Positions 1 to 6,934 of a DNA stretch of 11,913 nt are shown piece after piece. The position numbers and the translations under genes were made by a program. Origin of the DNA: a virus; UHGV virus genome UHGV-1560991; one strand, written 5' to 3'. Under the pieces are notes generated by a model. The model did not search any database. It was not told the origin of the DNA and worked only from the letters and a program-made list of their open reading frames with translations. Position 1 is the stretch's first letter. Each line of letters opens with the position of its first letter.

Positions 1-579
1 ATTACCCAGCCCGGTGGTGTTCAGATATTCTTTGAGTTCAGGTGTCCCGAACTGGTCAAGCGCACGCTGTGCGGCGCTAAGGTTAGAAATCAACTTGTCG
101 CCACCGATTTCTTTGTCAGCTTTTACATCAGCAGCCCACTGCTCGGTTGTTTTCTGCCAGGCTTCTGCCTGGCGCTGCTGCACACCTGCCAGAATCTTCG
201 GATAAGCATCAACCAGCTTTTGCGCTTGCTCGTTGGTCAGGTTAAGTTCTCGCGCCACCGGCTCGAATTCCTTCAACGCTTCTGTATCCAGCTCTACGCC
301 TTCGGCAGCCTGAAACTCGTACTTCTCAGGCGCACCCTCTGGTTTATCGCCGTCCTTTTTTTCATCCTGCTTATCGTTTTCAGACTTTTTGTCATCAGCA
401 GGTTTATCGCCATCAGCAACAGGTTGTGGCTTATCACCTTCCTGTTGTGATGGATCACCAACTGGAGCAGGGTTATCACCTGCAGGCGCTGACGGTTCTG
501 ACGCAGCCGGAGCTGCTCCACCATCGACTGGTTGCTCATTGCAAAGACGGCGATACAGCAAACGCTCAAATAAACTCAT
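1..579 (-). CDS. Putative scaffolding-like head assembly protein, 3' end truncated by the window edge (193 codons visible)
   Basis: Minus-strand frame is open from the ATG at 579..577 to position 1, with no TTA/CTA/TCA triplets in that plus-strand phase. AGGAG lies 5 nt upstream of the ATG, which sits 2 nt after the stop of the 582..878 gene. The translation (MSLFERLLYRR...GDKPADDKKSENDKQDEKKDGDKPEG...LKEYLNTTGLGN) is acidic and low-complexity, as scaffold proteins typically are, and the gene follows the portal. Absent from the ORF track because no stop lies in the window. Confidence 0.45.
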   Translation of the reverse strand, partial: MSLFERLLYRRLCNEQPVDGGAAPAASEPSAPAGDNPAPVGDPSQQEGDKPQPVADGDKPADDKKSENDKQDEKKDGDKPEGAPEKYEFQAAEGVELDTEALKEFEPVARELNLTNEQAQKLVDAYPKILAGVQQRQAEAWQKTTEQWAADVKADKEIGGDKLISNLSAAQRALDQFGTPELKEYLNTTGLGN

Positions 580-581
580 GA

Positions 582-878
582 TCACTCCTGTTCACTGGCC
601 TCTTTGGCCATCTTCAAATACTGTTCAGGGCAATGCGCCATAACGCGCTGAAACAGTTCCAGCGCCAGATTGCGTTGCCCCTCATTAAATGCCATTGCCA
701 TAGCGTCCATCGGTGAGATAGCGGAAAACACACGGCCTTTCTCCAGCACCGACCAGACAACGCGACGCCCCTGTTCACTGCTCATGACAAAGCGAATGTC
801 ATCAATTTCACGCTGCGCCATGTCACGTTGCTTACGGGCGTTTTCTTCTTTCAGTTGATCGTCTTCGTAATCTGTCAT
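582..878 (-). CDS. Hypothetical small phage protein (98 aa) between portal and scaffold-like gene
   Basis: ORF with a start that overlaps the portal stop (875/878) and a stop 2 nt before the next ATG, a tightly coupled operon arrangement. No family recognised. Confidence 0.55.
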   Translation of the reverse strand: MTDYEDDQLKEENARKQRDMAQREIDDIRFVMSSEQGRRVVWSVLEKGRVFSAISPMDAMAMAFNEGQRNLALELFQRVMAHCPEQYLKMAKEASEQE

Positions 879-2554
879 TGTGATTGCCCACCCTGACCAC
901 TAACTGCATTCGCCATAGCTGACAACACACTCGGATCCGAAGTTTTAGCTTCGCTTAGCGTCTTGGCCCCCTGTGCCGCCGCCATCCCCATCGCCATCAT
1001 TTGTTGCTGCTGTTGTTGCTGTGCCCGTTGCTGGCGAGCCTGCTCAACCTGTTCCTGCGGAACAATGACGGTTGGAGACACTCCGGACATATCAGCGAAT
1101 GCATCGATCGCCTGATCAACGTTGAGTTTGTCGAGAGCTTCTGGTTTCGCTTGCGCAAGTTGACCAATGAAGTTAACCGTGGACGCCAGACTGGACAGGC
1201 CGATAGACTTCTGCGCCTGAGCCATGACGGAAATGTATTCGACCTTCAGGGGCATGCCTTCCATCGCGTCAGGCGGTGGCGGCAGCATGTTTTTACGCAC
1301 CATCATCGAGAAAGCGCGGTCAATGAGAGGATTAAGACATTCGTCGTTCAGACGCTCCAGAACCGGCCCCAACATCAGAAGTTTTTCTTCTTTCATTTCG
1401 ATCACCGCTTCAACAGGCATCGAGCGGGTATTGATGTTCTGCAACATCATGAACAGATCGACAAAGTAGGCGCTGTTAATGATTTGACGAGTGTCCTGAA
1501 TGTCTGCCACCAAATCTGCTGTACTGGGGTTAACCAGATAAGCAGGCCTGAAGCCATCCTGACCAGTAATCTGATCGATATACGTGATGTCGCCAGGAAG
1601 AAGGGAGGCGCGCTGATTCTTGAGGGAAGTCGGAGCAACCATCGGCGGATTGGTGGCTTTATCAATCAACTGCGACTTGCGCTTCTGGAGAAGCTGCAAT
1701 GCCTTAACAGGTCCAAGCGCCAGCATACCCGGGCATGATGATCCATAAACATCTTCGCCGTTAACTTCCCAGCGCGGAGCCATAATTGGAAACTCATCGA
1801 ATCCGGACTCACGCAACAACTTGTCGTTATCGCCACCAACCTCGTAATAAACCGATTTGAATGGCTTGTTCTTGCTATCCAGCTTCGATGTATCGCGGTC
1901 AATGTTCGGGTAAACCGAATGCATCACTTCAATCCACTTCTCGTAGGTACCGCTTTCCCACATGCTTTTTACGGATTCGCTGACGTTATTTAGCCCGAAC
2001 TCCTGAACAAGCTGACGAACAGTCATAGAGAACTTGCGAAAACAGGTGTCCACACTGCCACGAGGTGAGTTAGCCAGGTAGTAACTGCCTATCGGGAATG
2101 GCATTGTGCGAATGATGTCCTCGTCATCCTCCAGCACTGCCATTGCACCAGTGCTGTATGTGCCGAGGCTTCCGTATAACTGCGGCAGCGACTGATAGAG
2201 ATTCGACTTATTGAACATATCGTTCATGCGGTTCTGCACCGCCTCAAGCCACAACTTAACAGGGCCATAATCCATCATTTCAGGATCTGGCGTAGCCAGG
2301 CGAAACCACGGACGCGCGGGGCTTGTGATGCCTGACATCATGCCACTAGCGAGAGTGCGCGCCGCCATAGTCCCGGTCGAATCAATAATGCGTGTATTGC
2401 GTCGATCGTTACGGTTGACCTCAGAAGTCAGAAAGCGGGAACCACGCGGGTTGATGTAATCACTCAACTCGCGCCAGTGCGGCTCGAACGACTGACGCTC
2501 GCTTTCAAGTTGTGCGAACTGTTTGTTCAATCGCTCTTTAGTTGTTTCCGCCAT
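875..2554 (-). CDS. Phage portal (head-to-tail connector) protein, T7/epsilon15 type
   Basis: 559-aa ORF. The N-terminus (ERLNKQFAQLESERQSFEPHWRELSDYI) and the Gln/Met/Ala-rich C-terminal tail (QQQQQQQMMAMGMAAAQ) resemble the T7 gp8 connector as I recall it. It lies downstream of the terminase genes. Family call is from memory, not a search. Confidence 0.8.
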   Translation of the reverse strand: MAETTKERLNKQFAQLESERQSFEPHWRELSDYINPRGSRFLTSEVNRNDRRNTRIIDSTGTMAARTLASGMMSGITSPARPWFRLATPDPEMMDYGPVKLWLEAVQNRMNDMFNKSNLYQSLPQLYGSLGTYSTGAMAVLEDDEDIIRTMPFPIGSYYLANSPRGSVDTCFRKFSMTVRQLVQEFGLNNVSESVKSMWESGTYEKWIEVMHSVYPNIDRDTSKLDSKNKPFKSVYYEVGGDNDKLLRESGFDEFPIMAPRWEVNGEDVYGSSCPGMLALGPVKALQLLQKRKSQLIDKATNPPMVAPTSLKNQRASLLPGDITYIDQITGQDGFRPAYLVNPSTADLVADIQDTRQIINSAYFVDLFMMLQNINTRSMPVEAVIEMKEEKLLMLGPVLERLNDECLNPLIDRAFSMMVRKNMLPPPPDAMEGMPLKVEYISVMAQAQKSIGLSSLASTVNFIGQLAQAKPEALDKLNVDQAIDAFADMSGVSPTVIVPQEQVEQARQQRAQQQQQQQMMAMGMAAAQGAKTLSEAKTSDPSVLSAMANAVSGQGGQSQ

Positions 2555-2568
2555 TTCAATGACTCCGG

Positions 2569-2775
2569 TTACTGACCAAGTAGCGTTTTACCGCTGGTAT
2601 TAGCGGTTGATGTGTCGCCATGAGAACCGGTAAGCAGCGTAGAACTACGACCAGCAGCAGCGCGACGGCGACGTGTTTCTTCGTCGCGGGCATCAACAAC
2701 GGCGGCATCCTGCTCCTGTGGTGCTGCCTGAACTTCTGGTGTTGCAGGCACTGATGGTGAGCTACCCATGCACAT
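2569..2775 (-). CDS. Hypothetical small protein (68 aa) immediately upstream of portal
   Basis: ORF ending 14 nt before the portal ATG. GGAG lies 9 nt upstream of its ATG. The Pro/Ala/Thr/Arg-rich translation looks more protein-like than the overlapping 79-aa frame (2556..2795). Weak call. Confidence 0.3.
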   Translation of the reverse strand: MCMGSSPSVPATPEVQAAPQEQDAAVVDARDEETRRRRAAAGRSSTLLTGSHGDTSTANTSGKTLLGQ

Positions 2776-3202
2776 ATCAATGACTCCGTACGCAATTAAA
2801 TTATTACCAATTTAACCACATATGATTTATTTATCGTAGATAGTTGACATTTACCGCACAAATTATTACCTTTTGGGTAACCAAAGAGTTCATTCCGGTT
2901 ACTAACCTGACTGGCTTGTCGTTAAATTGAACAGGTGGAGTGAGCTTTTATTTTGAGCAGTACGGCGTATGGCACATGCGCCGATAGCGGTCTGGATACG
3001 TTTAAGGGGCACCCTCCCTTGCTCGGGAAAACGAACCAGGTAGCCGGAATGTGCAAGTCGAGCGGTTTTATTCCGCGCACGGGGATTCACCATCCCGGCG
3101 ATTCGGTGTGACGCCTCGGAAGAGACGAGGGTACAACGATGAGAGCATTTATGGAGCCGCGACAAAGTGTGGCGCCTTAACAGGCTAAGTGCTCTCAGCG
3201 TT

Positions 3203-3279
3203 GTGGCATTAGCTCAGCTGGACAGAGCAACTGCCTTCTAAGCGGTTGGTCGCAGGTTCGAATCCTGCATGCCACGCCA
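3203..3279 (+). tRNA. tRNA-Arg (anticodon UCU), argU-like
   Basis: 77-nt cloverleaf read by hand: acceptor GTGGCAT/ATGCCAC, D-stem GCTC/GAGC, anticodon stem ACTGC/GCGGT (one G-U pair), loop CTTCTAA giving anticodon TCT, T-arm GCAGG-TTCGAAT-CCTGC, discriminator G, encoded CCA. Close to E. coli argU as I remember it. Confidence 0.9.
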
Positions 3280-3322
3280 GAATCACGCCTAAGGACCGTG
3301 ATGCCAGAAGTTCCAGGTGCTT

Positions 3323-3365
3323 GGCGGTGATGGTTTCCCTTGAAGGACTATCACCGCCCTTTTTA
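3323..3365 (+). terminator. Hairpin plus T-tract downstream of the tRNA (candidate terminator)
   Basis: 9-bp stem GGCGGTGAT / ATCACCGCC around a long loop, followed by CTTTTT. Confidence 0.35.
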
Positions 3366-3442
3366 CAGCAGGACGCCATTGCGATGACTTCATGCTGTAA
3401 ACCCGTACAGCCACGGAAGGCATAACTCATTGCTTCCAGTTC

Positions 3443-3466
3443 GCCCGGTTCGCCGGGCATTTTTTT
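3443..3466 (+). terminator. Rho-independent terminator-like hairpin
   Basis: GCCCGG-TTCG-CCGGGC (6-bp GC stem, tetraloop), then A and a run of 7 T, ending 11 nt before the ATG of the 3478 gene. Confidence 0.5.
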
Positions 3467-3477
3467 AAGGTGAGATT

Positions 3478-3858
3478 ATGAACGACCAGCAAATCGAAAA
3501 AGAAATCGTTGAGAAAGGTAAAACCGCTCCGCGAATCACCCCGCAGCACATCGAAGACGTGATTAAAAGCGAGCATTACTTTACTGCTTATGATGGACGA
3601 AATGGTGCCATTTCCAGCAACGAATATTGTGGCAGGGAAAAACCAGAAGAAGGCGATCGTGATTTATCACCATTGAAGTTGCTCACTTTCTGCGTACTGG
3701 TGCTGAAGAATGGCTTCACCGTCACCGGAGAGAGTTCCTGTGCAAGCCCGGAAAACTTTGATGCAGAAATTGGTCGGAAGATTGCCCGGCAGAATGCTGT
3801 AAACAAAATCTGGATGCTTGAAGGTTACTTGCTGAAGCAGAAGTTAAGCGAGCAATAA
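3478..3858 (+). CDS. Small plus-strand phage accessory protein (126 aa), possibly Gp49-like family
   Basis: Clean ORF with AAGGTGAG 5 nt upstream of the ATG. It is transcribed opposite to the flanking terminase and portal genes and is followed by a hairpin terminator. The family guess is a weak recollection. Confidence 0.6.
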   Translation: MNDQQIEKEIVEKGKTAPRITPQHIEDVIKSEHYFTAYDGRNGAISSNEYCGREKPEEGDRDLSPLKLLTFCVLVLKNGFTVTGESSCASPENFDAEIGRKIARQNAVNKIWMLEGYLLKQKLSEQ

Positions 3859-3860
3859 CA

Positions 3861-3875
3861 CCGTGACATGTCACA
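3861..3875. repeat. 15-bp element CCGTGACATGTCACA containing the perfect palindrome GTGACATGTCAC (copy 1)
   Basis: Exact 15-mer shared with 6312..6326. Lies immediately 3' of the 3478..3858 gene and is followed by GCCAGCC. Confidence 0.5.
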
Positions 3876-3878
3876 AAC

Positions 3879-3905
3879 AGCCAGCCTATGAGCTGGCTTT
3901 GTTTT
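3879..3905 (+). terminator. Hairpin terminator between the convergent 3478 gene (+) and terminase large subunit (-)
   Basis: Stem AGCCAGC / GCTGGCT (7 bp) with loop CTATGA, followed by TTGTTTT on the plus strand. Confidence 0.45.
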
Positions 3906-3948
3906 ATCCTCACCAGAGGATATCAACGACATTATCCCCACCAGAGGA

Positions 3949-5424
3949 TTAAGCATAGGGATCGTAATCTGTGATGGCCTTGCCTTGCTGGTTCTGCTGC
4001 CCGGGAATTCGCAGACGCTTCGACACAGGGAACGCAAACGTCAGCAGTAGCGCATCGCCTTTACCCGGCGAACGCCCAAGCCGCTCCTTGATATCTTCCT
4101 TCGGTTCAATAACGATTTTACCGTCCACTCGAACTTTGTACTCTGCCGCCGACAGGTCGTCTGCTGTTTCCTGGTCATCAAGCATGCCGCCCAGCCTCAG
4201 CCATGTCTTACATGAGTTGAACATCTCCCCACGCTTGTTGAGCATCTGCGGGTCAGTAGACGCGCCACCGAATGGAACAAGTTGCCATGTACGTCCCCAG
4301 CCATCACCGATTGACTTCAAACCGGTTCCGTAACCGAAGTCGATGAACACCGCGTCAGCCTGGTACTGGTCTTCAAAGTCAGCGATACGCTTCGCCATAA
4401 TCAGATCGTCGGTGGTCTTGTTGCCGGTCCACAGCACCTTACTGTGCAGCCCCTGCCGCAGGTATATCACCGCTTCATCAACACCGGAGTATGCAGGGTC
4501 AACGCCGATTATCACCGGAGCATGTGCCACCTGCGCAGCAGTTACCACCCGTTTCATTGCCTCGTCAGTAAGACCGGTAGGGATAAACTGCAATTCAGAT
4601 GCATCAGGGAATATGCCGCGCACACGGATTTTAACGAAGTCGCTGTCTTCCCCGTAGTCATCAACCCATTTCTGCAACTGCTGTTTGTTAGTGCCTTCCA
4701 CCGTCCGGCTGTCAATCTGCGCAGTTTTCCAGCGGTGTTTATATTTGCGGAAACATTCGCGGAAACGACCGGTATTACGCGTCGGGTTTCCGAACGCCAC
4801 CCAGATGATTTCGGTGTCTTCGTCCGTCAGCGCACCCTCTGCTACCTCCCACACCAGATCGGCAATGTTGGATGCTTCGTCGAATACCACGATGATGCGT
4901 TTGCGCTCGTTGTGTAGTCCAGCGAATGCCTCAGTGTTGTGCTCAGACCAAGGGATTGCGTCAGCTCGCCACCGCTTGTCGTGCCCAGGATCATTGCTGT
5001 ACATCGCGGTAGCGGTACAGGTAAACCAGTCTTTCGTGATAGCAAGGTTCGACCACTTGATAATTTCCGGCCAGGTCTTCGTTCGTAGCTGGTTGTCGGT
5101 GTTGGCGGTCACCACGACCTTACAATCCTCGCAAGTGGACATGCCCCAGTTGATCAACATTGAGATGAATGCTGATTTACCAATACCGTGACCCGAAGCA
5201 CGTGCCAGCATAAGCGGCTGATAGCGCGTCTCGGGATTCTGCAGGTGATCACGTATCTCTCGGAACGCATCGGCCTGCCACTGACGTGGGCCGGTAGCAT
5301 GTGCCAGTTCAGTCCCCTCTTCCCCCCAAGGGAACGCATAGAGGGCATAGCCAAGCGGATCGTGAGTGAACCCTGCAATATCCTCGATCAACTGCTCTTC
5401 AGGAGATAACGCTGTATTTGTCAC
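3949..5424 (-). CDS. Terminase large subunit
   Basis: 491-aa ORF with a Walker-A-like ARASGHGIGKS motif near the N-terminus, acidic motifs consistent with an ATPase plus nuclease domain, and a start overlapping the stop of the upstream small-subunit gene (5421/5424). Confidence 0.85.
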   Translation of the reverse strand: MTNTALSPEEQLIEDIAGFTHDPLGYALYAFPWGEEGTELAHATGPRQWQADAFREIRDHLQNPETRYQPLMLARASGHGIGKSAFISMLINWGMSTCEDCKVVVTANTDNQLRTKTWPEIIKWSNLAITKDWFTCTATAMYSNDPGHDKRWRADAIPWSEHNTEAFAGLHNERKRIIVVFDEASNIADLVWEVAEGALTDEDTEIIWVAFGNPTRNTGRFRECFRKYKHRWKTAQIDSRTVEGTNKQQLQKWVDDYGEDSDFVKIRVRGIFPDASELQFIPTGLTDEAMKRVVTAAQVAHAPVIIGVDPAYSGVDEAVIYLRQGLHSKVLWTGNKTTDDLIMAKRIADFEDQYQADAVFIDFGYGTGLKSIGDGWGRTWQLVPFGGASTDPQMLNKRGEMFNSCKTWLRLGGMLDDQETADDLSAAEYKVRVDGKIVIEPKEDIKERLGRSPGKGDALLLTFAFPVSKRLRIPGQQNQQGKAITDYDPYA

Positions 5425-6017
5425 TGATTACCATCCTGACGTTCTTTGAGTCGCTTCCTGGCTGCTGCTATGCGATCAGCAATTGTCACATTCACATTAA
5501 CATCCAGACGTTCTTTGAACGCGTTGACATCAACATGCTTACCAATCAGCTCAAGGTTCTTCACCTTGTCAGGCCATTTAATTTTTTTGAGGATTGTCTC
5601 TATCGAATCCTCGTTCATGTTCATGATGGTCGATGACAGATCAAAGCCACTAAGCGTAGTGCGCCAGATTTTCGGCCACTCACGGATTGGTTTAAGGCTC
5701 CCATCGTCGTTGAGGATGTCGATCACGTCCATCTGGTCGATCTCCACCAGGCGCATGAGAACGTAATCAGCACTGACGCGCATTCGTTTGTTGCGCTCCT
5801 CCATCAACTCGGCAATCCGTTTTTGAATGCGTTCATCGCGCATCATGACACTGGCTTTAACTGCCGCTGTATTTGGGGAGAATCCTGCGTTAATCGCTGC
5901 CTGAGTCTGGTTCTCAGGCGTTTTGATGTATGACTGGCAATAAGCCTCCTGCATTGCTGTGAGCGGCTTAAATTGCGTTGATTTGCGTTTATAGGTTTTA
6001 GGTTCAGCAGGCATCAT
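5421..6017 (-). CDS. Terminase small subunit
   Basis: ORF directly upstream of and overlapping the large subunit, with a basic N-terminal region (MMPAEPKTYKRKSTQFKPLTAMQEAYCQSY) typical of terminase small subunits. Start set at the internal Met pair (6017/6014) because the longer track ORF (to 6095) would run through a terminator hairpin at 6061..6086. Confidence 0.75.
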   Translation of the reverse strand: MMPAEPKTYKRKSTQFKPLTAMQEAYCQSYIKTPENQTQAAINAGFSPNTAAVKASVMMRDERIQKRIAELMEERNKRMRVSADYVLMRLVEIDQMDVIDILNDDGSLKPIREWPKIWRTTLSGFDLSSTIMNMNEDSIETILKKIKWPDKVKNLELIGKHVDVNAFKERLDVNVNVTIADRIAAARKRLKERQDGNQ

Positions 6018-6060
6018 AACCACCGTGGTAATAGTTACCGTTGTGGTGATAGTACCATGC

Positions 6061-6086
6061 AAAATAAAGCCGCCATAGTTGGCGGC
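6061..6086 (-). terminator. Rho-independent terminator-like hairpin upstream of the packaging operon
   Basis: On the minus strand: GCCGCCA-ACTA-TGGCGGC (7-bp stem) followed by TTTATTTT, beginning 6 nt after the stop of the 6092..6325 gene. Confidence 0.45.
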
Positions 6087-6091
6087 AGTAT

Positions 6092-6325
6092 TCAAAGTCC
6101 ATCAAATTCATCGTAAAAACTCTCGTCAAGATACCCTTCCCATTTACCGCGAATGAAAATTACATCCTCGCCGCAAGGGTGCTGACTGTCGATAACTATA
6201 TCCCTCCTGGCGCAACCATACTTATGCATGAGAAATTTAACCTCTTTCGGAAAATTTGCTGAGTTATCTCTCATATCTTCAAGGTCGTAGCGTATTTTTG
6301 GCATAACACATCCGTGACATGTCAC
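6092..6325 (-). CDS. Hypothetical small protein (77 aa as in ORF track; alternative start MPKIRYD at 6304 gives 70 aa)
   Basis: ORF between the 113-aa gene and the terminator. No family recognised. The 6325 start lies inside a perfect 12-bp palindrome, so the internal Met may be the true start. Confidence 0.5.
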   Translation of the reverse strand: MTCHGCVMPKIRYDLEDMRDNSANFPKEVKFLMHKYGCARRDIVIDSQHPCGEDVIFIRGKWEGYLDESFYDEFDGL

Positions 6326-6326
6326 A
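6312..6326. repeat. 15-bp element CCGTGACATGTCACA containing the perfect palindrome GTGACATGTCAC (copy 2)
   Basis: Exact 15-mer shared with 3861..3875. Lies at the 3' end of the 113-aa gene and the 5' end of the 77-aa gene. Both copies are preceded by ATAACAC and followed within about 30 bp by GCCAGCC. Confidence 0.5.
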
Positions 6327-6663
6327 CTATTAATTTCGTTTCATGCCAGCCTTTGGTCACCCAGCATTGCGAGTCACCATTACACGGGCATGAATTCACA
6401 GGAACTCTCTCGCCGCACTTACCGCAACGTTTTCTGCTGATCGATTTTATACGCCCGCGCACGCGTGCATCATCCTGGCGGATCAGTAACGCTATATACT
6501 CACCAAATTCGTAAGGCGCACGCCCGGGGCGACGTGTGGCACAGTTACGCTCCAGCATTTCAATTTCCTGAGCATCAAGCACAATCTCCAGCTTACGTAC
6601 ACCGGATTCAGCTTGTCTGGCTCTCTGAGCGGCTTTGCGCTCTGCTGCTGATTTAGCCATCAA
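6322..6663 (-). CDS. Hypothetical protein with an N-terminal ribbon-helix-helix-like region and a C-terminal Cys-rich (zinc-ribbon-like) region
   Basis: The N-terminal segment (ERKAAQRARQAESGVRKLEIVLDAQEIEMLERNCATRR) resembles the small LexA-regulated CopG/RHH-type protein YbfE as I recall it. The C-terminus carries CGKCGERVPVNSCPCNGDSQC. Overlaps the upstream gene by about 11 nt. Confidence 0.5.
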   Translation of the reverse strand: MMAKSAAERKAAQRARQAESGVRKLEIVLDAQEIEMLERNCATRRPGRAPYEFGEYIALLIRQDDARVRGRIKSISRKRCGKCGERVPVNSCPCNGDSQCWVTKGWHETKLIV

Positions 6664-6934
6664 TATTTACCTTTATCGCGAACACCTTTACCGGTTTATC
6701 GCCGAAGTGCGGATGTGTGATTGTCTTGATTTCATATCCGTCATACGGAACATCAATTCTGCGACTGAAATCGTCGCGCTTCGGATATCCCTTTGTGATA
6801 ACCAGGCGGCCATACTCGCGGAACATAATTCGCTTATTCCAGTAGTCATTACACAGGCGATACTCTTCCGTTTTCTGCCCGCGAATCATGGCATCGAAGT
6901 ATTCACCTTTGACGGCAAGTTGCAGGTTAGCCAC
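6653..6934 (-). CDS. ASCH-domain protein (about 94 aa from a GTG start)
   Basis: Contains the ASCH-type GxKxxExR signature (IRGQKTEEYRL). Proposed GTG start at 6934..6932 has AGGAGG 6 nt upstream and removes most of the overlap with the upstream gene. The ORF track's ATG at 7015 would overlap that gene by about 88 nt. Confidence 0.6.
   Translation of the reverse strand: MANLQLAVKGEYFDAMIRGQKTEEYRLCNDYWNKRIMFREYGRLVITKGYPKRDDFSRRIDVPYDGYEIKTITHPHFGDKPVKVFAIKVNIDG

Noticed and set aside
294-569. 91-aa minus-strand ORF, plus the plus-strand ORFs at 220..450 and 389..643
   Set aside because: A different frame on the minus strand is open across the whole of 1..579, has an AGGAG ribosome-binding site and gives a scaffold-like translation. 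These alternatives are low-complexity off-frame products.
1001-1738. 245-aa plus-strand ORF antisense to the portal gene
   Set aside because: Lies wholly inside the well-supported portal CDS on the opposite strand. The translation is His/Arg/Leu-rich and low-complexity, typical of an antisense frame of a real gene.
2556-2795. 79-aa minus-strand ORF overlapping the 68-aa ORF in another frame
   Set aside because: His/Arg/Cys/Leu-rich translation looks non-coding. The 2569..2775 frame has a better start context, although neither is strongly supported.
2902-3165. 87-aa minus-strand ORF in the non-coding region upstream of the tRNA
   Set aside because: Arg/His/Cys-rich translation with no ribosome-binding site and no operon context; the region reads better as non-coding.
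3209-3460. 83-aa minus-strand ORF
   Set aside because: Overlaps the tRNA-Arg gene and two terminator hairpins; its apparent coding capacity comes from the structured RNA sequence.
4343-5191. Several plus-strand ORFs of 104-168 aa (4343..4657, 4444..4917, 4685..5191) antisense to the terminase large subunit
   Set aside because: All are embedded in the terminase CDS. Their Ser/Cys/Arg-rich translations have no recognisable motifs or plausible start contexts.
5421-6095. Longer 224-aa version of the terminase small subunit starting at 6095
   Set aside because: The extra N-terminal 26 residues (MNTAANYGGFILHGTITTTVTITTVV) are encoded by the terminator hairpin and repeat region. The internal Met pair at 6017/6014 gives a typical basic N-terminus.
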